A stretch of DNA of 64,000 nucleotides. Origin: Rhodovibrionaceae bacterium GXU_MW_A322. Its GTDB lineage: Bacteria > Pseudomonadota > Alphaproteobacteria > Kiloniellales > DSM-21159. The DNA is taken from positions 34,581-98,580 of the forward strand of contig JBQJBP010000006.1 in assembly GCA_052078155.1 (NCBI GenBank), written 5' to 3'. Position 1 is the first letter of the stretch. Every line of letters starts with the position of its first letter. Below the pieces are notes generated by a model that searched no databases, was not told the origin of the DNA, and saw only the letters and a program-made list of their open reading frames with translations. Shown here in pieces: positions 1 to 10,039 of this stretch. Position numbers and translations under genes: made by a program.

Positions 1-435
1 CAGATCAGATCGACCCACGGCGCCGCCACGCTGTCACAGCTGGACAATCTCATTGCCATCAATTCGGCGCTGGAGGTGGATCTCTTTGGGCAGATTAACG
101 CCGAGCAGGTGGGAAACCGCTATCTGGGCGCCATCGGCGGGCAGGTGGATTTCATGCATGCCGCCACCACCGCGTCTCAAGGGCTGTCCATCATTGCACT
201 GCCCGCCAGCCAGGGAAAAAGCGGTCGAAGCCGCATTGTTTCACAGTTGAGCGGTCCCTTTGTGACCACCTGCCGGGCAGATGTTGATCTGGTGGTAACT
301 GAACACGGTGTGGCGGATCTGCGCGGCAAAACCCTGGATGCGCGGGCCAGCAGCCTGATCAACATCGCCCCGCCGGATCAACGCGAGGCCTTGTTGCGGG
401 ACTACCACGACAAACTGGGGGGCGGAGCGATTTAA
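1..435 (+). CDS. acetyl-CoA hydrolase/transferase family protein, C-terminal part (5' end outside window)
   Basis: Open frame from window start; C-terminal motifs (GQVDFMHAA..., SIIALPASQGKSGRSRIV..., CRADVDLVVTEHGVADLRGKT) typical of the acetyl-CoA hydrolase/transferase C-terminal domain. Confidence 0.7.
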   Translation, partial: QIRSTHGAATLSQLDNLIAINSALEVDLFGQINAEQVGNRYLGAIGGQVDFMHAATTASQGLSIIALPASQGKSGRSRIVSQLSGPFVTTCRADVDLVVTEHGVADLRGKTLDARASSLINIAPPDQREALLRDYHDKLGGGAI

Positions 436-519
436 GGGGTTCGCCTCTGTCCGGCTGATCTGGAGAGGGCGGATCGGCCTTGTACAAAAAAACAACAAAA
501 GACCAACAGGAAACGGTTC

Positions 520-2460
520 ATGAGTGAGACAGGTTTATCCAAGCTGAAGCAGTTTTTATCTCCCCGATCGGTGGCGATCATCGGCGCATCTGATAATCCC
601 ACGCGCATTGGGGGACGGCCTGTCCACTACCTGAAGAACCACGGTTATGAAGGGGAGATCTATCCGGTCAATCCGCAGCGGGAAACGGTCCAGGGCCTGA
701 AAGCCTATACGGATGTCGACAGCATTGACGGACCGGTGGACGCCGCCATCGTTGCCGTGCCGGCTGCCCGTGTGATGGATGCCGTGCAGGCCTGTGCGGA
801 TAAGGGCGTAAAAGGCTGTATCGTTCTTTCCTCCGGCTTTGCAGAGCTCAGTGAGGCAGGCGGGAAAGCCCAGGACGACCTGACATCACTGGCAAGAGAA
901 AGCGGCATGCGGATTTTCGGACCCAACTGTCTGGGGTCGGTCAATGTGCATGAGCGCTTCTTTGCCACCTTCTCCGGCGTGATTGCCCGACAGGAGCCTC
1001 TTATGGGCGGCCTGTCTCTGGTGACGCAGTCCGGGGCCTTCGGCAGTCACCTCTATGGGCTGGCTCAGGACGCCGGTCTGGGGCTGCGCTACATGATGAC
1101 CACCGGCAATGAATGTGATGTGCAGGTGGCCGATGGCATTCAGGTCTGCGCTGAAGATCCGAAAACCAGCGTCATCATCGCATATGCAGAAGGGATCAAG
1201 GATGGCCCCCGTTTGATTGCGGCTCTGGAGGCCGCAGCGGCGGCTGAAAAACCGGTGATCTTCTTCAAGGTCGGGCGCTCAGCTGTTGGGGCAGAGGCCG
1301 CCAGGGCCCACACGGCTTCAGATACCGGTGACGATATGCTGGCGGACGCCATCTTGCGCCAGTACGGGGCTTACCGGGCAGAGACGACGGAAGAACTGAT
1401 GGACATTGCCTACGCTGCCACCCACGGCAGCCGCCCGAAAGGCAAGCGCCTGGGCTTGATCACCGTCTCTGGCGGGGTCGGGGTTCTGATGTCCGATGCC
1501 GCAGAAGCCAAAGGACTGGATGTGGCGCCCCTGGCCGAAGAGGCCCAGGCCGCGCTGGTGGATCTCATGCCCTTTGCTGCAGCCCGCAATCCAGTGGACG
1601 TGACCGCCCAGATCCTCAATCAGCTGGATGTCATGCCTCAGTTTTTTTCAACCCTGCTGGAAAAGGGCCAGTACGATGCCAGCATTGTGTTCTTCTCCAG
1701 CGCTGTTTCCACCAAGAACTTTGCCGACACCTGCCTGGCGGCCATGAAGGAACTGCGCCGGGAACATCCGGACGCCTACATCATCATGTCGATCCTGGCC
1801 GATGAAACTCAGCGGCGGGACTATGAAGCTCTGGGCTTTCCTGTCTTTGCCGATCCCAGCAGGGCGGTTTCTGCCATTGGGGCTCTGGCCCGATTCTCTG
1901 AAGCTTTTGAGCGCCAGAAAAGGCGGGGAGAACTGGAAGATGCGGTTGGGCAGTACCGGGCCGATATCAAGGCAGGGCTTACTCAAAAGACCCTGCTGAG
2001 CCACGCCGGGCTTGATCTGGGACCAGACCTCAGCCACGGCAGCAGCAAGGACGCTGCAGAGACGACTCTGGAAGTGCAGCTGGATCTGCAGGACGACCCG
2101 ACCTTCGGTCCGGTGATGACCGTGAAACCGGCGGGAAGCCTGGGCCGCGCTCTGAACAGCCGGGCCTGCCGCAGAGTTCCCTTTTCCAGCGATGAGGCGG
2201 AAGATCTTCTAGGTGAACTGAAACTAGGCCCTCTCTTTGAACAGCAGGGAGGGTATCCGGCAGCAGACAAAGCCGCGTTGGTGGCTGTCCTGTCCCGCCT
2301 TTCTTTGCTGGCGGCGGCGGGAGGTTTGACCCCCGGTGAAGCAGATCAGTTGCATCTAATTGTCCGCGAAAGCGGGAAAGGCGTGGCAGTCAAGCCTTGG
2401 CCTGTGGCAGGTAACGGGCGCGAAACTGCAGGAAGCACCGTTGCACAGCCTGCGCTTTAG
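520..2460 (+). CDS. acetate--CoA ligase (ADP-forming), fused alpha/beta (CoA-binding + ATP-grasp)
   Basis: N-terminal CoA-binding Rossmann (PRSVAIIGASDNPTRIGG...), succinyl-CoA-synthetase-like flavodoxin and ATP-grasp regions; 646 aa; good start context. Confidence 0.8.
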   Translation: MSETGLSKLKQFLSPRSVAIIGASDNPTRIGGRPVHYLKNHGYEGEIYPVNPQRETVQGLKAYTDVDSIDGPVDAAIVAVPAARVMDAVQACADKGVKGCIVLSSGFAELSEAGGKAQDDLTSLARESGMRIFGPNCLGSVNVHERFFATFSGVIARQEPLMGGLSLVTQSGAFGSHLYGLAQDAGLGLRYMMTTGNECDVQVADGIQVCAEDPKTSVIIAYAEGIKDGPRLIAALEAAAAAEKPVIFFKVGRSAVGAEAARAHTASDTGDDMLADAILRQYGAYRAETTEELMDIAYAATHGSRPKGKRLGLITVSGGVGVLMSDAAEAKGLDVAPLAEEAQAALVDLMPFAAARNPVDVTAQILNQLDVMPQFFSTLLEKGQYDASIVFFSSAVSTKNFADTCLAAMKELRREHPDAYIIMSILADETQRRDYEALGFPVFADPSRAVSAIGALARFSEAFERQKRRGELEDAVGQYRADIKAGLTQKTLLSHAGLDLGPDLSHGSSKDAAETTLEVQLDLQDDPTFGPVMTVKPAGSLGRALNSRACRRVPFSSDEAEDLLGELKLGPLFEQQGGYPAADKAALVAVLSRLSLLAAAGGLTPGEADQLHLIVRESGKGVAVKPWPVAGNGRETAGSTVAQPAL

Positions 2461-2474
2461 GACCGTTTGAACGT

Positions 2475-3878
2475 ATGCGCAGAGCGCCCTTCAAAAGCCG
2501 TTTGTCGTCGGCTGTGCTGGTGGTTGTTGTGGCCATGGCCGTGGCCATGGAGTTGGGAGTGTCCGGGGGCAGTACTTTGCTGGCTGGCGCGGGCATTCTG
2601 ACGTTCATGGCACTGGAATGGCGACGGATGGCCAGAGTCGCCCGGGTGACTTTCCTGGTTGGAATGGGCTTGCTGGCCTGGCTTTATCTGATGGATCAGA
2701 TGTCTGTCGACCTGCTGGTCAAAGCCGTCAATCGTTCCGCCTTTTTTGTCTTCTTTGTGGTCTCTCTGGATGTCTTGCGGGACGCTGCCACGCTGTCGCC
2801 GCTGATCAAACGCTGCGGCAAGATGATCATCGACCAGCCCCCGGGCCGCCGCTATGCCGTGCTGACCTTTGGCGGGCACCTGTTTGGCCTGCTACTGAAT
2901 GTGGGAACACTCAATCTGCTGGGGGCCATGGTTCGGCGCACGGTCGATACGGGCCAGCAGGGTGTGGAAGACCGCGTTCGGCAGGTCCGGTTAAAACGCA
3001 TGACCCTGGCCCTGTTGCGTGGATTCTGTGCCATTACCTTGTGGGCGCCGACCTCTGTGACTGTGGTGGTGGTGCTGTCCGCCATCCCGGATTTCGACTG
3101 GTACGCTTTCTTTCCGCTCGGTGTTCTGACCTCAGTGGTCTATGTGTTGCTGGGCTGGGCTCTGGATCGCCTCTGGTTCTCCAGAGGGCAGGTTCCAGAC
3201 CAGCCTGAAAGCCTGAGGCGGGTGATCCGCAGCCTCTTCCCGCTGTTCCTGCTGAACTGCTTTGTCCTGGGGACCACCATTGTGGTTTCGGAGCTTTTTG
3301 GCCTGCGTATGATCGGGGCTTTGTTGATCTGTGTGCCGGTCATCGGCGCGGGCTGGATTATCTTTGAGTACCGCCGGGCAGGGGGGCTGAAAACCCTGGG
3401 ACTGGCCCGGCGCCGTATCACCCATCATCTGGTGCCGGGGCTCTGTGACTTGAGGTCAGAAATTGGCATTCTGGCCGCGGCCGGATTTATGTCCGTACTG
3501 ATCCTCTCCATGGTGGACATCCAGTATCTGAGCCAGATGACAGCACAGCTGGGGCTGACCCAGGGCATGATCCTGGTGGCCGCCTTGTGGAGCATTCTGG
3601 CGCTGGGGGTGGTGGGTTTTAACCCGATCATCACCGTGGCGGTGGCCGTCGGTATCGTCGGCAGTCTGACCAGCCTGGACATGAATCCGCACCTGCTGGC
3701 GTTGACCGGCACCATGGGGTGGGCGCTGGTCACAGGATACTCCCCCTTTGCCGCTGCCAACCGTCTGGTCAGCCGCTGCGTTCGCCACAGTCCGGTAGAG
3801 GTGGGCATGCGCTGGAATGCGCCCTTTATCTTACTGGTTCTCCTTTTAACCTCTGCCGTGTTGCTGATCTTTTCCTGA
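2475..3878 (+). CDS. polytopic integral membrane protein of unknown function (putative permease)
   Basis: 467-aa ORF with more than 10 hydrophobic helices and no recognisable catalytic motifs; co-directional and adjacent to the acetate--CoA ligase gene. Confidence 0.6.
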   Translation: MRRAPFKSRLSSAVLVVVVAMAVAMELGVSGGSTLLAGAGILTFMALEWRRMARVARVTFLVGMGLLAWLYLMDQMSVDLLVKAVNRSAFFVFFVVSLDVLRDAATLSPLIKRCGKMIIDQPPGRRYAVLTFGGHLFGLLLNVGTLNLLGAMVRRTVDTGQQGVEDRVRQVRLKRMTLALLRGFCAITLWAPTSVTVVVVLSAIPDFDWYAFFPLGVLTSVVYVLLGWALDRLWFSRGQVPDQPESLRRVIRSLFPLFLLNCFVLGTTIVVSELFGLRMIGALLICVPVIGAGWIIFEYRRAGGLKTLGLARRRITHHLVPGLCDLRSEIGILAAAGFMSVLILSMVDIQYLSQMTAQLGLTQGMILVAALWSILALGVVGFNPIITVAVAVGIVGSLTSLDMNPHLLALTGTMGWALVTGYSPFAAANRLVSRCVRHSPVEVGMRWNAPFILLVLLLTSAVLLIFS

Positions 3879-3921
3879 TGGAAAACGGGACAGGGCAGGG
3901 CCTCTAGAGCAAAGAAACAGG

Positions 3922-4338
3922 ATGACGTCCATGAACAAACGTGAGGATTTTATCGGCTCCTGGCAGATGGTCAGCTGGCGCTCTCTGAAAGACGGGGAGC
4001 CCGATGGTTACCCCATGGGGGAAGACGCAAAGGGGCAGATTGTTTATGCCGCTGAGGGTCGCATGGCCGCCTTTTTGATGCGGGCGGACTTTGAAGAAAA
4101 CAGTCAGACAACTCTGCCCACAGCCCAAACCATGATTTCCTATGGCGGCACCTGGCGGGTTGAGGGCGAGGAGATTGTGCACGACGTGATCTTTGCCACC
4201 TTGCCTCACTGGATTGGCCGACCGCTGGTGCGCCGGGTGGAACGACAAGGCGAGCGCATCCTGCTGCGCACCGCCCCGGAATACAGTAAATCCGGCAAGC
4301 GCTATGAGCATGAATTGCTTTGGGAACGGGTTGCCTGA
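3922..4338 (+). CDS. lipocalin-like domain protein
   Basis: 138 aa; FIGSWQMVSW...GQIVYAAEGRMAAF...ISYGGTWRVEG pattern of the bacterial lipocalin-like (Lipocalin_5) family; start may be the MNKRED methionine at 3931. Confidence 0.6.
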   Translation: MTSMNKREDFIGSWQMVSWRSLKDGEPDGYPMGEDAKGQIVYAAEGRMAAFLMRADFEENSQTTLPTAQTMISYGGTWRVEGEEIVHDVIFATLPHWIGRPLVRRVERQGERILLRTAPEYSKSGKRYEHELLWERVA

Positions 4339-4396
4339 TAGACGCCAGTCCGGCCGCTTAATCCAGGGATTGGCTGCCGTCATGAACAAGGGAAGG

Positions 4397-4417
4397 GAGG
4401 GCTCTTGCCCCTCCCTG
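4397..4417 (+). terminator. GC-rich hairpin (GGGAGGG-N7-CCCTCCC) downstream of lipocalin-like gene
   Basis: Perfect 7-bp inverted repeat seen directly in the sequence, about 60 nt after the stop at 4338. Confidence 0.4.
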
Positions 4418-4438
4418 ATCAGGGAAATTTTCCTTTGC

Positions 4439-4480
4439 CGCTGATTTGGGCAGAAAAATCAGCTTTTGGCTCATTTTTTG
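4439..4480 (+). terminator. hairpin GCTGATTT-N8-AAATCAGC followed by T-rich tract (putative Rho-independent terminator)
   Basis: Perfect 8-bp inverted repeat followed by TTTTGGCTCATTTTTT. Confidence 0.45.
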
Positions 4481-4670
4481 TCAGCAAAATTTGGACAAAA
4501 GGGCCTCAGGCGCGTACATCAATAGCCGAAATTTCTCAGAGCAGCAGTCTGGTCGTCGATTCTGGTTCAGACCCTGCTGCGAATGATCATGTGTAGCTGA
4601 GCAATACGGACCGTGGTGGGGGCGCGAGCGCCTGTGCCCGCACCCGTTGAGACAAACTCTGGAGACCCTA

Positions 4671-5570
4671 ATGACCGGTACAGCAAGTAACCAAGAGCAG
4701 TGGAAAAAAGTATCTGAAGGAAAAGGCTTTATCGCCGCCTTGGATCAAAGCGGGGGCTCCACTCCCAAGGCTCTGGGCCTTTACGGCATTGAACCCAGTG
4801 CCTGGTCCAACGACGAAGAAATGTTCGACCTGATGCATCAGATGCGCGTGAGGATCATGACCTCCCGTGCGTTCCAGAAAGATCAGATCGTCGGCGCCAT
4901 CCTGTTCGAAAAGACCATGGACTCCCAGGCTGAAGGTCAGCCGGTTCCTGCCTTCCTCTGGGAAAAATGCGGCGTGGTTCCCTTTCTGAAAGTGGACAAG
5001 GGCCTGGAAGCTGAAGCTGACGGCGTCAGCCTGATGAAGCCCATGCCGGGCCTGGGCGAAACCCTGGACCGTGCTGCCAAGCTTGGCATCTTCGGTACCA
5101 AGATGCGTTCCGTCATCAAGTCGGCGTCTGAAAGCGGCATCAACGCCATCGTTGATCAGCAGTTTGAAGTGGGCAAAGAGATCCTCTCTCATGGCCTCGT
5201 TCCCATCATCGAGCCGGAAGTGGACATCAACAGCGCAGACAAAGGCGATTGCGAGAAGATCCTCTTCGCCGCCATTCTGAAGCACCTGGATGCACTGTCT
5301 GACGACCAGTCCGTGATGCTGAAGCTGACTCTGCCCAACGACGCCAATGCGTACAAAGCCCTGATCGATCACCCCCGTGTTCTGCGCGTGGTGGCTCTGT
5401 CCGGCGGTTACAGCACCGATGTGGCCTGCGAAAAGCTCAGTCAGAACGACGGCATGATCGCCAGCTTCTCCCGTGCGCTGACCGAAGGCCTCAACGTCTC
5501 CATGAGCGACGATGAATTCGAAGGCGCGCTGGAAGGCAAAGTCGAGAAAATCTACCAGGCATCTCTGTAA
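4671..5570 (+). CDS. fda: fructose-bisphosphate aldolase, class I (bacterial Fda type)
   Basis: GKGFIAALDQSGGSTPKAL, FLWEKCGVVPFLKVDKGL and IFGTKMRS motifs match the ~296-aa Gram-positive-type class I FBA; the ORF starts at 4647, but the MTGTASN methionine at 4671 gives the canonical length. Confidence 0.8.
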   Translation: MTGTASNQEQWKKVSEGKGFIAALDQSGGSTPKALGLYGIEPSAWSNDEEMFDLMHQMRVRIMTSRAFQKDQIVGAILFEKTMDSQAEGQPVPAFLWEKCGVVPFLKVDKGLEAEADGVSLMKPMPGLGETLDRAAKLGIFGTKMRSVIKSASESGINAIVDQQFEVGKEILSHGLVPIIEPEVDINSADKGDCEKILFAAILKHLDALSDDQSVMLKLTLPNDANAYKALIDHPRVLRVVALSGGYSTDVACEKLSQNDGMIASFSRALTEGLNVSMSDDEFEGALEGKVEKIYQASL

Positions 5571-5590
5571 CGCCGACAGGCGAGAGGTAA

Positions 5591-5646
5591 ATTCACGCTT
5601 AGAGGGGTGTCACCAAGTGAGGCCACTTAAAGCGATTTGACTCTAG
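5591..5646 (+). repeat. partial copy (module C) of modular MITE-like intergenic element
   Basis: ttcacgcttagaggggtgtcaccaagtgaggccacttaaagcgatttgactctag matches the 3' module of the copies at 6473 and 11672; its terminal CTCTAG overlaps the stop codon of the minus-strand hydratase gene. Confidence 0.7.
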
Positions 5647-6425
5647 AGACCTTTAAAGAGGGCGGGCCGCTTTTCCAGGAAAGCAGCCACGCCCTCTTTT
5701 GCATCGTGGCGGTGGCGCAGGTCACCGTTCATTTCCAGTTCGGCCCGAAACTGCGTCTCAAAGTCGTCCCCTTCCAGGCGATCCAGCAGGGCCCGGGTCT
5801 GAACCAGCGCATGGGTGGGGCCTTTGGCCAGCTGAGCGGCCAGTTCCCGGGCGCGGGGCAGCAGGGCATCATCTTCCAGAACTTCGCTGACCACGCCCAG
5901 ATCCAGGGCCTGTCCGGCAGAGAGGGCGTCGTTGGTCATCATCATTTTCAGGGCGTTGCTCCGGCCGATGGCTTTGGGCAGCAGATAGCTGGACCCCAGA
6001 TCCGGGGCCAGCCCGATGCGGCTGAAAACCTGAATGAACTTGGCGGAGGAAGCGGCCAGCAGAATGTCGCCTGTCAGGGCCAGGGAGAAGCCGCCGCCGG
6101 CGGCTGTGCCATTCACCGCAACGATCACCGGAACCTGACAGCGGCGGAAGGCCTGAAAGACCGGGAAGTAGGCCCGCATCAGTTCCTCTGCCAGGTCCTT
6201 TTCCGGCGGCACCCGGTCCCGTAGATCCTGTCCGGAACAAAAACCCCGCCCTGCGCCTGTCAGGATGAGGGCCCGCAGCTCCGGATCCTGTTCAGTCTGG
6301 CGCAAGGCATCCAGAGCTTCTGCCATCATGGCAAAGGTCAGCGCATTGAGAGCTTCCGGACGGTTGAGTGTAAGGGTTGCAACCGCCCCCTCCCGGGTAA
6401 ACTGAATGTACTGATAGTCCTGCAT
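5643..6425 (-). CDS. enoyl-CoA hydratase/isomerase (crotonase family)
   Basis: 260 aa; ALNAL...ILTGAGRGFCSGQDL...VAVNGTAAGGGFSLAL crotonase fold motifs. Confidence 0.85.
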   Translation of the reverse strand: MQDYQYIQFTREGAVATLTLNRPEALNALTFAMMAEALDALRQTEQDPELRALILTGAGRGFCSGQDLRDRVPPEKDLAEELMRAYFPVFQAFRRCQVPVIVAVNGTAAGGGFSLALTGDILLAASSAKFIQVFSRIGLAPDLGSSYLLPKAIGRSNALKMMMTNDALSAGQALDLGVVSEVLEDDALLPRARELAAQLAKGPTHALVQTRALLDRLEGDDFETQFRAELEMNGDLRHRHDAKEGVAAFLEKRPALFKGL

Positions 6426-6472
6426 GCTCAGTTCCCTTTGCGTCCAGACCTTTGGCTGGTTCGGGCCGTGTC

Positions 6473-6612
6473 TTAGAGCATGATCGGTTCAGTCAGAAGC
6501 GCTTTGCGCTAGTAACTAAACCGTTGATCATCCTCTAACGCGTTGAAAAGAGGCAATTTCACGCTTCAAGTGTTGTCACCTAGTGAGTCCACTTAAAGCG
6601 ATTTGACTCTAG
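6473..6612 (+). repeat. full-length modular MITE-like intergenic element (modules A-B-C)
   Basis: cttagagcatgatcgg...agaagcgctttgcgct...aaaccg...cctctaacgcgttgaaaagagg...cacctagtgagtccacttaaagcgatttgactctag; its terminus supplies the TAG stop of the CoA-transferase gene ending at 6609. Confidence 0.85.
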
Positions 6613-7883
6613 CCCTGATGTTGTCTGCTAGCCTTCTTTTCCAGCAGGCTGGCGATTTCCGCTTCAGAGTATCCGGCTTCAGCCAGCACTTCCGTCGAAT
6701 GCGCCCCCAGATGGGGAGGCAGGGTGCGAATGGTGGAAGGGGTCTTGGAAAAGCGCACGGGCGGTTCGGGCATGCGCAGAGTCCCTTCGGTGGGGTGCTC
6801 TTTGAAATGCCAGAAGCCGCTGGCTTCCAGTTGCTCGTCATTCAGCAGATCTTCTTTGGTGTTGACCCGCTGCACGGGAATGTTGGCGGCATCCAGATCC
6901 CGCTGCCATTCGGCAGTGGTCCGGGTCGCGACAATATCGGCCAGCAGACCGTAGATCTCCTGGGAGTTTGCAACCCGTGTGGCCAGGCTTTCGAAGCGCG
7001 GATCGCTGCACAGCTCTTCCCGCCCGGCCAGTTTCAGAAACTGCTGCCAGTTGTCGTCCGTATAGGGCAGAACCGCCAGGTAGCCGTCCTTGGTGGCGTA
7101 GGGCTTGCGCATGGTGTTCAGCAGGCGCTCGTAGCCCATCTGCGCAATGGGGGGCTCAAAGCAGGCACCGTAGAGGTGTTCCACCATGACAAAGTCCACG
7201 AGAGACTCAAACATGGGCACTTCAATGGCCTGACCACCGCCGCCGCGCTGGCGATGGAACAGAGCTGCCAGGACGGAAGAGACCACGTTAAAGGAGGTGG
7301 TCTTGTCAGCCATGATAGTGGGGACATAGCGGGGCTGGTCGGAGGTGATGGTCTGCAGATCTGCCAATCCTGAGGCGGCCTGAATGATGTCATCATAGGC
7401 TGGTTTGTTGGCCATGGGGCCGTCCCCGCGGAAACCGTAGGCCGCCACAAAGATCAGCTCGGGATAGGCGCTGGTGAACTTTTCTGCCTCCAGTCCCAGT
7501 TTCTTGGCCACAGCCGGGCGCATGTTGTGCACAAAGACATCGGCCGTCCCGACAATCTTGAACAGAGCCTCCCGGCCTTCCTCCTTGGTCAGATCCAGCA
7601 CCACGGAGCGCTTGTTGCGATTGGTGGCCATGAAAAGAGAGCCCATGGCCGGGTTCTTGCGGGGCCCGGAGTGCCGGGTGGTGTCGCCCACCGGGGTTTC
7701 AATCTTGATCACATCGGCGCCCATGTCGCCCAGCATCTGCGTGGCCCAGGGGCCAAGGATCACGGTGGTCAATTCTACAATGCGGATGCCGTCTAAAGTC
7801 CCGGTCATGTCTGCTAATCCAAAATCAAAAGATAGGGGTCTGTTGTCTGGGGTAGGGGCGGGATCAGCCGCCTGCGCTTTCAA
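6609..7883 (-). CDS. CoA-transferase family III (CaiB/BaiF-like)
   Basis: 424 aa; IRIVELTTVILGPWATQMLGDMGADVIKIE N-terminal signature of family III CoA-transferases. Confidence 0.85.
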   Translation of the reverse strand: MKAQAADPAPTPDNRPLSFDFGLADMTGTLDGIRIVELTTVILGPWATQMLGDMGADVIKIETPVGDTTRHSGPRKNPAMGSLFMATNRNKRSVVLDLTKEEGREALFKIVGTADVFVHNMRPAVAKKLGLEAEKFTSAYPELIFVAAYGFRGDGPMANKPAYDDIIQAASGLADLQTITSDQPRYVPTIMADKTTSFNVVSSVLAALFHRQRGGGGQAIEVPMFESLVDFVMVEHLYGACFEPPIAQMGYERLLNTMRKPYATKDGYLAVLPYTDDNWQQFLKLAGREELCSDPRFESLATRVANSQEIYGLLADIVATRTTAEWQRDLDAANIPVQRVNTKEDLLNDEQLEASGFWHFKEHPTEGTLRMPEPPVRFSKTPSTIRTLPPHLGAHSTEVLAEAGYSEAEIASLLEKKASRQHQG

Positions 7884-8763
7884 TCTGTTCGACCAGAGCC
7901 AGCAGATTGCGGGCCTGTTTCAGATGGGGCATGTCGATCATCTTGCCGTCCAGTCCGACCACGCCCAGCCCCGGGTTCTGTTCGAAGACTTCGACCACCC
8001 GCTTGGCATGGGCGATTTCTTCTTCGGAGGGGGTAAAGGCCCGGTTGATGACCTCGCACTGGGCAGGATGGATGGCAATCTTGCCAATGAAACCAGACTT
8101 CTGATCTCGCAGGCACTCGGCCTCCAGCTCTTCCATGTCCCGGAAGTTGACCACCACCACGCCAACGGGCTGAATTTCCAGCGCCCGGGCCGTTGTCAGA
8201 CAGAGGGTGCGGGCATGCTGGAAGGGGTAGTCATACTCCCCGGTAACGGGATGGCGGTTGTCACTGGCACCCAGCGCCGCTGCCAGGTCTTCCCCGCCCC
8301 AGGTCATGGCCACCAGTCGGTCCGTCACCCCTTCCAGATAGGTGTGGAAGGTCAGCAGGGATGCGGCAGTCTCGGTCGCAACACAGTGGATTTTGGTGCT
8401 GCCCAGCGGCAGGCCTTCGCGGGCTTCCAGGGCCGAGAGGTAGTCGGCCAGACGGTTCACTTCTTCGGCGGAATAGACCTTCGGCAAGACAATGCCATCG
8501 GGCGCCCCGCACATGACAGCGGCCAGATCCGGCAAGGCAAAGTCATGGTCCAGCGGGTTGATGCGCACCCAGAGCTGCTGGCGGGAACGATCGGTTTCCG
8601 CTTTCAGAAATCCCGCCACCATTTCCCGGGCGACCTGCTGGCGATCATCTGCCACTGAATCTTCCAGATCCAGGATCAGGGCGTCTGCCGGGTTCAGGCG
8701 TCCCTTTGTCAGTTTGCGGTCACTGTCACCAGGGACGAACAACCAGGAGCGGATGATTTTCAT
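7864..8763 (-). CDS. HpcH/HpaI-CitE family CoA-ester lyase (citryl/malyl/citramalyl-CoA lyase-like)
   Basis: 299 aa; RSWLFVPGDS...ILDLEDSV and a conserved D/E-rich TIM-barrel pattern of the citrate lyase beta subunit-like family. Confidence 0.75.
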   Translation of the reverse strand: MKIIRSWLFVPGDSDRKLTKGRLNPADALILDLEDSVADDRQQVAREMVAGFLKAETDRSRQQLWVRINPLDHDFALPDLAAVMCGAPDGIVLPKVYSAEEVNRLADYLSALEAREGLPLGSTKIHCVATETAASLLTFHTYLEGVTDRLVAMTWGGEDLAAALGASDNRHPVTGEYDYPFQHARTLCLTTARALEIQPVGVVVVNFRDMEELEAECLRDQKSGFIGKIAIHPAQCEVINRAFTPSEEEIAHAKRVVEVFEQNPGLGVVGLDGKMIDMPHLKQARNLLALVEQIESAGG

Positions 8764-8806
8764 AGATCTAACTTCTCATTCGTGACGTTTTCAGAGAGCG
8801 TGGAGG

Positions 8807-10027
8807 TCAGGCAGCCTTGCCTTTGTCTTTCGGCGTGGCGGTTGCACCACTGGCCAGCAGGGCCGTTATCTTGTCTTCGCTGTAGCCGATCTCCTGCAGG
8901 ATTTCGACGCTCTGCTCGCCCAACAGAGGGGCGTGGCGAGAGCCTTCAGGCTGGGTTTCAGACCAGCTGGCTGGCACGGCCATGTCGTTCAGGCGGCCCT
9001 CGCTGGGATGTTCAAAGCTGGAAAAGAAACCCACTTCTTCCAGGTGCGGATCATCGATCAGAGAATCCAGCGTGTGCAGCGGCATGGCCGGAATGTCGGC
9101 GTCGTCGAAAAAGGCCAGCCACTCCTGGGTCGTGCGGGTCAGCAGGAGGTCAGCCAGTTCGCCGTAGATGGAATCAATGTTTTCCGTTCGGGTGGTCATG
9201 GAGGCATAGCGCGGGTCCTGCTCCATCACTTCCGGTTTCCCCAGGGCGGAGAAAAAGGCCCGCCAGTGGATGTCCGTATAGACCAGAACACACACATACC
9301 CGTCCTTGGTGGGGTAGGGGCGACGGTCCGCAGACAGCAGTCGGGGATAGCCGGTCGGACCGATTGGAGGGTCAAAGGTTCTGCCGGAAAAATGGTCCGC
9401 CAAAACAAAGCTGGCCATCATCTCAAACATGGGCATGTCCAGGCGTTGTCCCTGGCCCGTACGGCACTGATGATATAGGGCTCCGTTGATCTGACCCACG
9501 GCCCACAGACCCACGCCCCGGTCGACAATGGCGCTGGGGGCGTATTTGGGGGCCGAGCCATCGGCTTGCTCAAAGAGGGATGGGATCGCCACCGCCCCCT
9601 GAATCAGGTCATCAAAGGCAGGCTTTTTGGCGTAAGGGCCATTTTGCCCGTAGCCGTACATTCCTGCATAGATAATGCGCGGATTGGCCTGGGATACGGT
9701 TTCATAGGACAGGCCCAGCCGTTCCATGACCTGGGGACGGCGGTTATAAAGCAGGATGTCAGCCTGCTTGATCAGGTCCATGACCGCGGCATGGCCGTCC
9801 GGATTTTTCAGATCCAGAACGATGGAGCGTTTGGAGCGATTGACGTTCAGGTAAATCGCGCCCATGCCCGGGTTGCGCAGCGGTCCGATACCTCTGACCG
9901 GATCCCCTTCCGGCGCTTCGACTTTGATCACATCTGCACCCATATCCCCCAGAATCTGGGTGGTGTAGGGCGCCATCAGCATGTTCGAGAGATCGACGAT
10001 TTTCACGCCGTCAAGGGGTCTGGCCAT
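8807..10027 (-). CDS. CoA-transferase family III (CaiB/BaiF-like), second paralogue
   Basis: 406 aa; VKIVDLSNMLMAPYTTQILGDMGADVIKVEAP signature; paralogous to the 6609-7883 product. Confidence 0.85.
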   Translation of the reverse strand: MARPLDGVKIVDLSNMLMAPYTTQILGDMGADVIKVEAPEGDPVRGIGPLRNPGMGAIYLNVNRSKRSIVLDLKNPDGHAAVMDLIKQADILLYNRRPQVMERLGLSYETVSQANPRIIYAGMYGYGQNGPYAKKPAFDDLIQGAVAIPSLFEQADGSAPKYAPSAIVDRGVGLWAVGQINGALYHQCRTGQGQRLDMPMFEMMASFVLADHFSGRTFDPPIGPTGYPRLLSADRRPYPTKDGYVCVLVYTDIHWRAFFSALGKPEVMEQDPRYASMTTRTENIDSIYGELADLLLTRTTQEWLAFFDDADIPAMPLHTLDSLIDDPHLEEVGFFSSFEHPSEGRLNDMAVPASWSETQPEGSRHAPLLGEQSVEILQEIGYSEDKITALLASGATATPKDKGKAA

Positions 10028-10039
10028 ATCGGTTACCTG